DNA from: Hyphochytrium catenoides
Lineage: Eukaryota; Protista; Hyphochytriomycota
NCBI GenBank assembly: GCA_900088475.1
Contig: FLMG01004006.1
Coordinates: 1 to 36,374, forward strand
Reading direction: 5' to 3'
Length of the DNA stretch: 36,374 nucleotides
In this document: positions 24,701-36,374 of the stretch, piece by piece
Layout of the letters: each line of letters starts with the position of its first letter
How positions within the stretch are numbered: position 1 is the first letter of the stretch
Notes under the pieces: generated by a model
What the model saw: only the letters and a program-made list of their open reading frames with translations
Databases searched by the model: none
What the model was told of the DNA's origin: nothing
Position numbers and translations under genes: made by a program

Positions 24701-27342
24701 AGGATCCAAAGGATGCCATGCTAAGAGAGTTCCAGGAAGAGATCCAAAGGCTGCGTCAGCAGCTGCAAGAGCAGGGAGAAGGGGGGCCTGGCGTGAACGG
24801 AGGTGCTGTCGGAGGGGTTCTGGAAGGTGAGGATCCACACAGAATGACGACGAAGTGCCACTGAGCCCATCAGACTAACGAGCGAGAAAGAGAAAATATA
24901 CGATAGAGGAATGCTAAGGTCGCCACGAGATAGGCATTGCGCTCCCTTAAGGCCGCCAGGAGATAGGCGTTGCGCGCTCTTTATCTCTATCTTTCTCTTT
25001 TTCACCTCTCTGTTCCTTCCTTACGCACGCAGATGCGCCTTTGCCCTCTTTCTCATGTCACCTATGTTCTCCTGTCTGTGTCGGCAGCTCCAGAGGTGGA
25101 GATCCAGGAAGTGGAGAAGATCGTCGAGAAAGTTATAGTGGAGAAAGGGCTGAGCGAGGAACAGATCAAGGCAATGACAGACAAGACAGAAGCCGAGAAG
25201 GAAGAGCTGAGAAAGGAGGCTGCAGAGGAGAAGAAAAAGATCATGCAGGAGAAGTTGAAGCACGAGATGGGTAGGCCTTTGCTCTGTGAACACACTTCTC
25301 TTCCTCTCCTACTCCATAAGAGTTCTAGATGCAACGGCGGCTTTCATCTGCAAGCAGAATCCTTTGTCTCATCTTTGTGTCTCTGTATTGTCTCAAAGCC
25401 ATCATACTCTGTTGCTTTGCTTGCTGCAGCCCGAGTCGAGCTCGAGGCTAGATTGAAGGCTCAAAAAGAGGAGCAAGAGAAGCTGAACAAAGAGAGAGAA
25501 GCCTTGGGCAGAAAGCTGAAAGTAATGGAAGACAAGCTGGTAAGCAAGGGAAATTTTAGAAGAACGAGTATATAGGCCATAGATAGTACCAACGAGGCGG
25601 AAGAAAGAGAGCGATACGGAGGCGGAAGGAAGGGAGAATAGAAGAAAAAGAAGAGAGAGAGACGAATGAGAGACAACGGAAAGAGGGTGAGAGAGAGAGA
25701 GAGAGAGAGAGGCGCAGTGCAGGACAGGGAGAGATGGCCATTTAGCCGAGAAGAGCAAGAAGGGTCCCAGCCCAACAAACAAGGCCAGTAGAAGAGAAGT
25801 CACTTGCTAACACCACGTCTCAACGCTAGGTGAAAGGAGGAGAAGTCATTGAGATGGCGAATAAGCAAGAGGAAGAGTTGGAGCGGTGAGTCTATAGGTC
25901 GAGGAGAGAACGTGCTCCTGCCTTGCATTCTCTGTATCTCCTCCTCATTCCTCTCTCTGTCTCTTCTTTGCCCTGACCTCATCATACTCTGTCCTTCATT
26001 ATCTCTCTCTTCACCTTGCATCCTATCCCTTCTCCTCGTCCCCTACTCATTGCCACTCTTGCAGAACGAGAGTGGCTTTGGAAGAAAAGAGAAGACAGGA
26101 GCTGATCCTTGCACGACAGTTGGCCGAGCAAGAGGAGGCAAATCAGCTACTAGAGGAGAATGTGAGACTTCTTTTTGACTATGGTCTCTCCTCCCTATCG
26201 CCTATCATGGCCTTCTTCCCATACTCTTATAAGTCTCTGACTGCCTCTTATTGACATTCGCTGTCATATCTCTCTCCCTCTCCGGTCGTCTATCCTCTCT
26301 CTGCCGTGCATTCTTCTTTCCTCGACGACGCTTGCAGCTCTCGTTTTAACTTTCTACGCCACTGTCTCTTCCGCAGTACTCATCACTGCAAGAGGAAGCT
26401 GAAAAGAAGACAATCAAGTTGAAGAAGCAGTTCCAGAAGTGGAAGGCTGCGCAGACAGAGGCGAGAGACCTCAGAGACGCCTTTGAACAGGTGGAGTCAA
26501 CGACTGGTCATCCCTTTGTCACTTTGTTCTTCTCCTTTGATGCTCTTCTTCATGACTTCTTCATTCGTATACTATCGTCAACCTCGTTCCTCAATAATGG
26601 CTAACCACGATGTCACTTGCCTCCATCGTTCGATGACTGCTCTGGCCCCCACAGGAGAAAGAGGATTTGGTGGACACTATTCGTCAGCTAACCAAGCAGC
26701 TAGGATTTAAGCAGCTCATTGTAGATAACTTTATGCCGAGAGATGTGGCCGCCAGGATTGAGCGGCTAGCCATCTGGCAGGAACAAGAAGATAACTGGAA
26801 GATCCCTAAGCTAGAGCTAGCGGGTATCTCGCTTCCTTCCCTCTTCCTACGGGCCATATTTCTCTTCCTGCTTCCTTTTAGCCATTGCGCCCTCTTGATG
26901 TTGATCTCCTTTCGCTGTCTTCTCCCCATTGAAGACTGAATGCGCTATCTCTTACTAATACGTACGACTTTGGTTACACTTTACCTTGTCCATCGGATCG
27001 CGTTCTGGTCGGGAACTCTGTCCTAACTGTTCCTTATCGCTAGGGAACAATATGAGGAAGCAGAGCTTAGGTCTAAGCAGCTCCAAGCAGAAGAACAGTA
27101 AGCGGACAGAGAAAGGAAGCGAGAAAGAGAATCGTCTGAAGAACGTGGTGCTCTACGTCCCACCTATTCTCTCTAACCCTTACCTGATCTACCTGGCTGA
27201 TGAGGATGGGACAGGCTACGCTCCAGCAAAAGACGCTGATAGCTCTACAACCGTCACCGTGCGCTATAAGAAGGCTTCGGCCTCATCAAAGGCTGGATCG
27301 GGAGGAAAGAGTAAGGCAGCGAAAGCGGTGGGAGCGAAGTAA
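21756..27342 (+). CDS. KIF3A: Kinesin-2 motor subunit (KIF3A/FLA10-like), 16 exons
   Basis: Exons 21756-21769, 21838-22024, 22323-22503, 22728-22844, 23050-23274, 23690-23786, 23973-24065, 24355-24430, 24654-24826, 25088-25270, 25430-25539, 25830-25885, 26065-26161, 26377-26490, 26655-26823, 27044-27342. Motifs: P-loop [41 protein letters not shown], kinesin-2 neck [21 protein letters not shown], tail IVDNFMP and GNNMRK. KIF3A versus KIF3B is less certain than the family call. Confidence 0.95.
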
Positions 27343-28369
27343 GGTCACAAGAGAAGGGGAAACTGGCGTAATGTATATGGAGTTAAAGTGACAGAAGGAC
27401 TGCTTCTCACGTCGAAAGGCAAGAGGGAAAGATGCAGCGCGCTGCTGCCATTATGCGTGCAAAGGATGCCCTCCTGAGACGATCACTGCATCGGCAGTAA
27501 GAAGCTCCGATAGACCATGGGCAGGCGGATCAGGAACGACATCCATAATAAGCCTATAAATATGAGCGCTTCGTCCCAGCTGTACTGGGGCGAAACTGAC
27601 ATGGTTGGCCACTGTGTGGCCCACATACGACTCAATGCTGCTTTTAAGCTTATGAACTTGAAGGGACTAGGAACATATATACTTTGAGCCGAACGGGGGA
27701 AGCGGGAAGAGACGCCAAAATGTCAGAAATTTCGTCATTGAGGATGGTCGAAATAAGGAAGTAGGAGCTACGAGCTCTCGCGATATAGGCGCGATTCGTT
27801 ATCTTGTTTCCTCAAACACCAATCTTATAGTTCTTGTACCACTGCTCTTCCACCGGGTCTTGGCTAGGCGATCAGCTAGCCATCATGCTGTGTGAGACAG
27901 AGGAATCGGGCGTTATATCCTGTAACAACCAGGTCAGTTCATGGTTGCGCCAACTGCGCTGTAATAGGTAGGAGGCTAGCCCGTCCTGTTGGGATATCTG
28001 ATGGTGAGGCGAGCGATGTCTTGCTCGTGATGGATGATCATCAGGACATGGAGCGACCGGCCTTTTGGTGCAATGACCTCCTCGAAGCTAACACTCGCCC
28101 CGTCAAGGTATCGGAATAACTGCATCGTCTGAGCAGGGCGTCAAATCCTCGGGCAAGCAAAGCCTCGGGTAACCGTCGTATTATCCATTAGCTTTTGGCT
28201 CTACCTTTCATGTCCGGAGCAGAGGTGCTCATAAATAGAAAAGAGATAACTAGGCCGGGTTTACTGGGGCAAAAAAAGAGTAGTAAGAGAAAGACAAAGG
28301 AAAGATGAGCCCATGCCGCAGAAGGTCGAGTTGAGACGGGGATATGCTAGGATAATGTGCTGGCTTTAG

Positions 28370-31300
28370 CTACCTCCCGCCGTCATATCTGTCCCCTCGT
28401 TGAGAGTGGTGCGCAGAAGGAGCTGGATAGGGAAAGTGGTGGGGCGGCGGCCGATGGCGACCGTGACCATTGAAGCGGGGGTCGGGAGTAGAGTCACGAC
28501 CACCCCAAGAAGAGCCTCTTCTTCCTCTCCCGCCTCTCGGGGATGGATCGTTATAGTGACGTTGCCCACGGTTTCTCTGGTGGTGGTCGTTCACCTTTAT
28601 TGGCAAAAGTGGGCAATGGAAAGTCGATGAGTAGAAGGATGCTAGTAAGGAGGTACAGTGTAGCAGTAAAGGTTGAGACTGCAAGGGAGACACCACCGCA
28701 AGGGACAGGAAGGAGAAAGTAGGAGATAAATATACCCATAACATATGACGTATGGAAGGAATGAACGTGGAGTCTCCTCCTCATAGGATTAACAATGTCT
28801 TACCGCTCCAGGTCTCAAAGCGAGCAAGTCCATGTCAGGATGGGGAACAGAAACGAATGCGTTCTTTTGATGGGCGAACTTGAGAAGAGAACCCCAATGA
28901 GGCGAGGAGGACAACGTCGCTTCCTTTCCTTTACATGAACAGAGACAGGTCTTGAGGCTGGCACTTTGATAGGGACACAAGCCAAAGAAGTACGTGGTTG
29001 AGAGCAGAGAGAAAGTATCCAATCGCATGGCCAAAGCAATAGGCATGATGCCTGAGGAAAACGGAAAGTGGTAGGAGGCCATGGTAACCTCGTCCAAATG
29101 TCAACAGAGAGAAATTTAAAGGGTATATCCAAGCTGAAGAAGGGAGATTCATTGATTGAGGATCTGGTTGTTACCTATAACATAGCAGGCAAACTTTGCC
29201 CTGGTAAGAGCGACGTTCATTCTTCTGATATCATTCAAGAACCCGACTCCTCTCCCTTTTTCGGCCCTGACCGTTGAGACTAAGAGACACCTTGAGTTAG
29301 AGATTCTTGAATGAAGGTAGAGACCGACTCAAGAGAAGAGGTCACTTCTTTGGTAACAGGTGACAGATAGCAAAATGATCCCAACACGCCAAAGAGAGAG
29401 AATGAGAAGTAGCGTGACTCTCAGAGGAAAGGGTAGATTCTCGGCCAGGATGAATGGGAGCGTTATTACGTACGTATGATGATGTCCTTTTCTCTTCCCT
29501 GAAACCCATCCACGGTGCTAATCTCAACCATCGATGGATAGGAGGGTCCTAGTGCTCCTTCAAACCTTCTCTTAAGCTCGTCCACTTGTTGGCTGTAGGG
29601 CGTGATGACCCCCACGGTGCCCTCTAAACGATTGAGGGGACAAGCCCGCTTGATTGTTAAATATATTTGAACCGCAACGCGAGCTTCTTCCGAGTTGCTC
29701 CTGGAAACTGTCCTGGAAACGTCCTCCCGACTTGAGAGGAGATTAAAGAAGACAAATGGCTGCGCGACAGAATAGTGAAGAGAGGGAGAGAAGGAGTTTG
29801 TGTGACACTCTGCAGCTGCATAATATAGCGATAATCTTTGGTTCTCGACAGTACCTGAAAGGCTGGAGAAATGAGGTGATAGGGCTTGGAATATTTTGGG
29901 CCTTTCACATTATCTCCATCTTGCAGCTTTCCCTCATAAAAATAATTCCGGGGAAACTCTGAGATGAGAGGATGGCTGCAAACAGACAAACATCGTAAGG
30001 GTTGCAAAAGATGCAGGTGAGCGTCAGCAAGGGTAAAGCTAGCAAGCCATTTAACGGTAATGAAGAGACATCAGCACAAGAAGGCTCGTACTAAAGGCTA
30101 GCAAGTGCCGTAAGTTCTGGAAATGGCTGAAAGTCAAATTACGCAGAGTCCATCAAGAGCGAGATGTACAGCGTTTCCACGTTAGTCTATTTCGAGCGCT
30201 TCGCTTCTCCCACCTTCTATACTGGACATTAAGCATGTGAACCGGATGGCCACAGCTCTCCACACGCTCGAAGAGACTTCTCTCGTATAAGGAGCGCTCG
30301 CTGTCACGGGAGAAGACAGTTGCTGGGAGCTGCTGTGGATCTCCTACTAGGACGCACTGTCGGCAGCCGAGCCTATATTTAGCGCAGCACAAGAGCAAAG
30401 TTGGATTAGAACTGAACTGTCTCAATACTTTAAAGAGCAGGACAGATGGGGAGTCCTCCGGATGGTCAGGCACAGGAAATATTTTGAAAAGGAGACCCGA
30501 GAGGGCATGCTTAGCTGTACTTCATCCTCAGGCTAAAAAGTCACAAGCAGGGTATTTTAGAGCATGCTGCCATCCAAGGGCATTGGATGTAGAAATATAG
30601 GTCACTTACCTCATGGGAATGATAGTGGACAGCTCAACTGCCTGAGCGCATTCATCAATGACAAGTACTTCAAAATGAGAAGTCTCGTCAAGAGCTACGA
30701 GTAATTAAGCGAAGTTTAGGAAGAGATAGACGAGTGGAACTGCGATTGGAGGTAGTGGGAGAAGAACCAGAGGTTTAAGAGATGGCAGAGGATGCCTAAA
30801 AAGGAGAGAAATGCCGCGATCAAAGGTACAAATCAGCTCTAGCAGGGCCCGACTTAAGGAGTAAAGCAGCAATCGACAAATCAAGGCACCTCTAAGCCCT
30901 GCACTGCTGAGAGTAGTAAACACTATGTGTGCCGTGTCTAAGAGAGACACTTCCAACTGCTGTCTTGTCTCGGTGCTTTGAAGTCCTCCTTGGCCCTTCT
31001 CGAGTCGACACTTTCGAACAAACTGGTATCGACGGAGCTCGATAGTAAGCTGAAAAAGAGTAGGAATCTACATTAGAGAGCGTGGAAGGCTTTAGGAAAA
31101 GAGAGACAACACAAAGCCACGAATGACTTCCAGCGCTTGTAGTAAGAGGGATAATGAGGAGAAGAAGGAAAATGGAGACAAGGCTGATAAGAATGAGGCT
31201 AGTTCAGCGAGTGCCTTTGCTAGAAACAAGCAATACCTACCTTTTCCTTTCTCTCCAGGCATCCCGTCAGGTTTGAGGCAACAGCTACATAGTGCGGGTG

Positions 31301-34300
31301 CTGCTCAATTGGTAAAGGATGTGTGGATCTTCCTTCTTCCATAGGCGTTACACCTTCCTCTTTAGATCCTTGGCTCTATCGCCGACGTGGCATCAGAAGA
31401 AACGTTAGGAAGTGACTACGTGCGAAAAGCGGACGACATATATGGTGCCCAACTAGTTGTAACATAATGTAGTATGAATTTCCTAATTAGAGAACGCAGT
31501 CAAGGATTGAGAATCGTAAGGAGTAAACGGGTCCGTGCTTCACTTATGGGGCGTTAGGACAAGTCCGAACTGCCACATCGAGTTCAGGAAAGGTGAGTAC
31601 CTGGGGCAAAGGTCCTGGCTGCTCATGTCCTGACGGCTCAGGCACAGAATGTGGTCTACTGTGGCCTCCGTCTTTGGCCAGATCTCTAACTTCTTCATCG
31701 CTCTTTTCTTCAATTAGTCCATCCTCTACTGACACTGTCGACATTGCTTCGGGAGAAATAGATAAAGAGTTTGACGGGGAAGGCAGCGGTGGAACTGGTG
31801 GAGCACTTGCTGCTTCGTCGGGACGGAAGGATGAAGGGGGAGGGGGCGACGCAGAGAGAGGGGGAGGAGGGCTTGCGGGAGGCAGAGGAGGGGGAGAAGA
31901 AGAAAGAGGAGACGCTGGAAGTGGCGGGGGACTCGGTGGTGGTGTACTCGGTGGGGGAGGAGGAGTGTCCGCTTGGTCGCCAAGTTCTACCGGGAGAACA
32001 GAAATAAAGGTTCCGAAGGGCCACATTGTTAGGCTCCAAGCAAATGAAGTATTTAAGTGTAAGGGGTTACCTCCTTGCTTTGACTCCGTTTGCTCTCTTT
32101 TCAGAGCCAACACCCTTGTAACCTCTCTCAGCTGATTCCTGAGCAAGAAAGAATCCGCTTCAACCTGTGCATGAAGGTGAGAAGGGTAGCTATCAACCCG
32201 ATACTCGTTGAACCCAGAAGAGATATCGACAAGCTCAAGATCTGCTGAGTGCTGGCAACGAATGACTAAATTGAGAGGAGATATTCACATTGTCCACTAC
32301 CTGTCTCAGCTCCGTCATAATCTGCTCGATCCGCATCTCCACGCTCTCCAGAGGCTGCATCAGAATCTGGTCTATGAGCTCATCGGCGGCAACACTGCGG
32401 ACCATTGGAGTCTACAACGAAGGCAAGAACAGAGGCAGTCAGCACAAGAAGGAAGGCATTTAAAGAGAGATCAAGGACGGATCGCCATCCTTGAACGTTG
32501 CCAGGTTGAGAGGTTAGGCGCTGGCAGCAACCGGTGCATCTCGACAGGGAACGACTGGGTACCTTACCTGGCCCCTTCCTATCCTTACTATGGCAGGGAA
32601 GTACCGCCTCCCTTGGCCATCACAAAAGCCCTCCTCCATGATTTTGCTGACTATGTTATCCACGGCGATATTTGACGGCGCAGCCACCTAGAGGGGAAGT
32701 TTAGCATTTTACTGTCATCGCTCACTTGGCCACGCAAAAGGAGTCAAGGAAGAAAGCAGGGAGGTAACTGTGCAGTCTCGCATACAGTTGGACGACCATA
32801 AAGGCCGCAAGAAGCAGTCGTGTGACTGTCGCCCTTCCAGGGGCTTCCAGGTTAACGTACCAGGATGTGAGGCTTCTTCTCTCCCATTCTCTTCCAAAGC
32901 TTTGAGGTGTCGCGATCTGCAGCCTTCGCTACCTGCAAGATGGCTTCATAGTACCTGGTGTAAAGTCAACCTTAGACCTTCCTTCTTGCTGCTGTTCCAG
33001 CTGAAGTTCTATGTAGCACCAAACGACCCTGTTGCTGTACATTGTAAATCCCTGTCTCTGGCATCAGCAGCTTCCGTACCCATAACCACGCTTCCCATAA
33101 TCTGCTCAAAATCTCCTCGCTCTCCCCTGCCCTTTTGAGACCCTGCCGCGAAGGCGACTTTTATCGGTCTCGCCAGGGCTGCTTTCCTCGGAGATTCCCA
33201 TTTTCTCAGTTGCAAGTAACTTTGGTATTGCCCTGCTCCCGTTGCAGGTCCTTTCTTCTACCTGTTATATTCTCGGACATGGATTGAATTGAGTAGAGCC
33301 TTCAGCGTGGTAGTCTTTCCAGTTCCAGGTGGGCCTATGGCATTCGGTCATTAGACTATAGTGATGCCAGCTTTGAGTCCGGGAGTCCAAGGGCATTGAT
33401 CACTTTCTGGTCCTAGAGTGCTCGATATTGGGCGAAACAGATGGGGTCTAACGGGAAATGGGGTTGACCAATTTCTGATCCTAGCCCTCACCTTTGATAA
33501 GTGTGAACCCCGAGGAGGTAGCGGCAGCTGCTATCGCCTCCAGTTGGCTTTGGTTAAAGGTAGAGTGGAGCCATTTCACATAGTTGGCACCGAGAGAATC
33601 CAACTGAATTTCTCCCTCTCTTAAATGGGAGAGTGGGGCGAGCAGGGAGGGAAGCAGTGGATAGGACTGACAGCTCCATAATGCCATGTACTCTCGCAAA
33701 GATGTCGTAAGAGAAGAAACTTTAAACAGTAGACGTTCTTGCTTGGTCTCGGCCAAAGGTGGGCCCGACTGAGACGAAGAGTTTTTTTGTCTCTTCAATT
33801 CTTCCCGCCAACTCTTAGTATTCACGTGCAGTACAAGCCCTTCTCTGGAAGGGTAGACCTCTCAGTTACGCTCATTCAGGAGGAAGATATTGGAGTATCG
33901 AGTAGAGTGGAGCTATGCGGAGCCATAATTGCAGCTCGCAAGAAACAGAAACCAGCGGTAGGAGGGAGCATCTTTAACATAGATGGAACTGTATCAAGCT
34001 ACTATCTGTCACGAATACCCTACAGAGGAAGACAAGAGGAAGACGCTGACCTACCTCGATCTTAACTGGGAAATCACAAGTGCTGTTACACCCCTAGACT
34101 TTCCGGTACGCGCTCCAGGAGCAAAGCAAGCGCGATCGTGCGTGATGAATACCAGGTCATTAACCATAAGAGAGACAAGGGCTCCCTCTTCTCTATGCCG
34201 ATTTTGTGCGTTGTGAGATTGCAATACTTGGAGCCGGCTGTACTTGGCATCTAGAGACCAGACACATAGCAATTAGTGGAGGAGAAATAAGGCCGTAGCG

Positions 34301-35766
34301 CGGGGAAGGAAGAAGCCAAACCGCACCAGAGCAAGACAGGATGCGTAAATAGGAGAGAGGGGCCCGTGTTTAGCAATTGCCTTGGGCATCTGTGGATTAT
34401 AGAGACGACCATACCTCGATAACTGGTATCAAGTTCCTTAAGGGACACGGAGAGTGGAGTGGGAGGTCCCTCGGACACCAAGCTGTTCAAAGCTTGAGCC
34501 TTTATCTCCCTAATGCAGAGGGGCTTCCAAACATCCAAGTAGTGGTCGTAAGAGGTGAAAGAGTCAGGCACTCGAATGCTGTTGGGTCCTTCCTCGTCCG
34601 TTCCTTTATTGTCTCCAGGCTTCCGAGACCTTTCCTGCTCCAAGCCAGTCAGCAGATCCCATTCAAGAATGTGCTCTCGGAAATAATCGCGGTGATCATC
34701 CTCGCTCCACGTCCTGTGACTGCGTCGAAGGGTTTCTGGAGAAGGTACAAGTGGCGCCGTTGACTCTAAAGCGGAAGGTATTAGTGATAATAACGTGGCA
34801 AGGGGAATGATAGGGTTAGAAACGGAAACTCTTAGATGGCGATCGACGTGACGGGGCTCTTGAAGATGCTGACATGAATGGAGCCAAGCGATATATTTTT
34901 GAGCATTCTAACGAGAAATGGGGACAAAGCTGACAATAAAGCATCCGAACTAGAAGGCCACGCAGCTTACCTTGGCGCACATTGTCTCCTGCTAACCTTT
35001 GGCTTTTCTCATGGACAAGGGGGCGCTTCTTTGGTCTCTTCACTACTTTCTCCTCTACCCCCTCTCCGTTAGAAGAAGCAGCGCGTGCCGAAGTACTTGT
35101 GAGGCCCAGCTTCTTTGCTATCTCTTTTTGTTGAAGAGAGGCTTCGGCGATACGCTGAACTCGTGCTCTTTGCTCCTCCCTAGTAATGACGATCTCCGAG
35201 GAGCGTTTGGATCTGGCTTCCTTGCTGGAAATGGTGGTTAATCAAAGTAGGGCCACAAGTCAGCAGGAATGAAACCGAGAATGAGCACATGCAAGTGGCA
35301 AGGCCAAAGGATATAGGCACTTGGACTCTGTCTCACCTAAGGGTGCCATTTCCCTTTTTACTAAGCCTGATGAGGTCATGAAGTTAGCCAACTGATCTGA
35401 AGGCAGAACAGAAGAAGAAGGAGTGGCAATACCTGGGGCTGCCACGGGCCAAAGATGTTTGTCTCTTTAAAGGACGTTTGCGACTGATTTTCTTGGGATC
35501 TTCGTCACTGCTAAGGCTTGCTCGCCACTCTTCGTCACTGGACTCTTTGCTATTCTCTTCGTCGAGACTGAAGTCGTCCGACTACATTCACAGCCATAGG
35601 GTGTCAGCAAGCATACTGCAATCAGGCACTCAGGTTTGGAGACGATGTCACGAGGACACAGAATTTGTCACGAGGACGACCAGTAATAGTTAGCAGGTTG
35701 TCCAGGTACTACCTCGCTCTTTCTGGATGCATTTTTGCGCAGTCTCTTTAGCTGCTTGGGTGGCAT
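28370..35766 (-). CDS. SEN1: Sen1/senataxin-like Upf1-family (SF1) RNA/DNA helicase, ~19 exons
   Basis: Start MPPKQLKR at 35766. Motifs: ILEWD, VPDSFTSYDHYLDVWKPLCIREIKAQ, SLTTSLREYMAL, FNQSQLEAI, GFTLIKGPPGTGKT, ILVAAPSNIAVD, IVFTTLSSAG, VIDECAQ, LVGDPQQLPATV, SLFER, LNVQYRSHP, GVITPYSQQ, STVDGFQGREKD, GFLNDIRRMNVALTRAK. The 3' end is either TAG at 28370 or one further exon ending near 28041. Confidence 0.92.
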
Positions 35767-36374
35767 TCTCTCAAGTCTCAGGCTCTCAGCCAGGTCCCAA
35801 AGTCAAAACTTATCGTTCTCAACTTTCTTCGCGAAAACTGGAGATTACGCAGATCGCCGCAGATCGCCGCCTGCCCCGTGTGCTGATAAATAAACCTCAG
35901 GGTATGCCTGTTGGAAGGCCAAGCCTTAGCTGTCTGCTGGGCACTGCGCGTTAGGCTTCAAAGCTTCGGCTTCGTCCTCTAACCCTATACTATTTAGGGG
36001 AGTTCTTCATTCTTGAGCTCTGTCAAAAGCTGTCCCCCATCATGCCCACAGCAATACTAATGCCAGTAAGATCTAGTAAGTGATTATCACAACTCACCTA
36101 GTACCCAGTTAGCTCACAGTAATAACTGATCGAGCTCGCCAACATAAAGTCTCAAGTCTCCAAGATTTGTCTGTCGAAGTTGGAGACAGATCTCTACGTC
36201 ATAGTGCGGTGCCATAGAGGTCTGGGAGGAGTCCCATCATCTTTGATCCGTGCTGTCTGGAAGAGCGAGCGATCCACGACGGTGCCAATGTGCTACAACT
36301 ACCTTTGCCCTATCGTAGGGGAGGAATTGGATATGCTCGGGTAGACTGATTGGTGCATTCAGTCTGGTTGCCTT

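Noticed and set aside
25021-26021. Many Leu/Ser/Phe-rich or Arg/Glu-rich short ORFs
   Set aside because: Translations of (CT)n/(GA)n introns or antisense of coiled-coil exons.
31593-32135. Gly-rich 180-aa plus-strand ORF
   Set aside because: Antisense shadow of the proline-rich helicase exon.
35960-36374. Possible coding or TE fragment at the window end
   Set aside because: No sustained ORF or recognisable motif.

Overview
Eukaryotic, intron-rich (GT-AG) genomic DNA of about 50% GC, with (CT)n/(GA)n-rich introns and two N gaps. It probably comes from a flagellated protist, since it carries a kinesin-2; a stramenopile origin is only a guess. Five spliced genes were reconstructed by hand: a ubiquitin-specific protease (+, 402-4883), a CPT1-type carnitine O-palmitoyltransferase (-, 8965-5372), a CUE-PX-VPS9 Rab5-GEF-like gene (+, 15240-18999), a kinesin-2 motor (+, 21756-27342) and a Sen1/senataxin-like SF1 helicase (-, 35766 to about 28370). 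There is also an intronless coiled-coil ORF (12987-14069) and a probable spliced orphan gene head-to-head with it. The most striking unexplained structure is an ~860-bp imperfect fold-back (19550-20411) inside a decayed, repeat-like region. It is a candidate long-hairpin/small-RNA locus. No tRNA, rRNA or CRISPR was recognised. All family assignments rest on motif recognition, not database searches.
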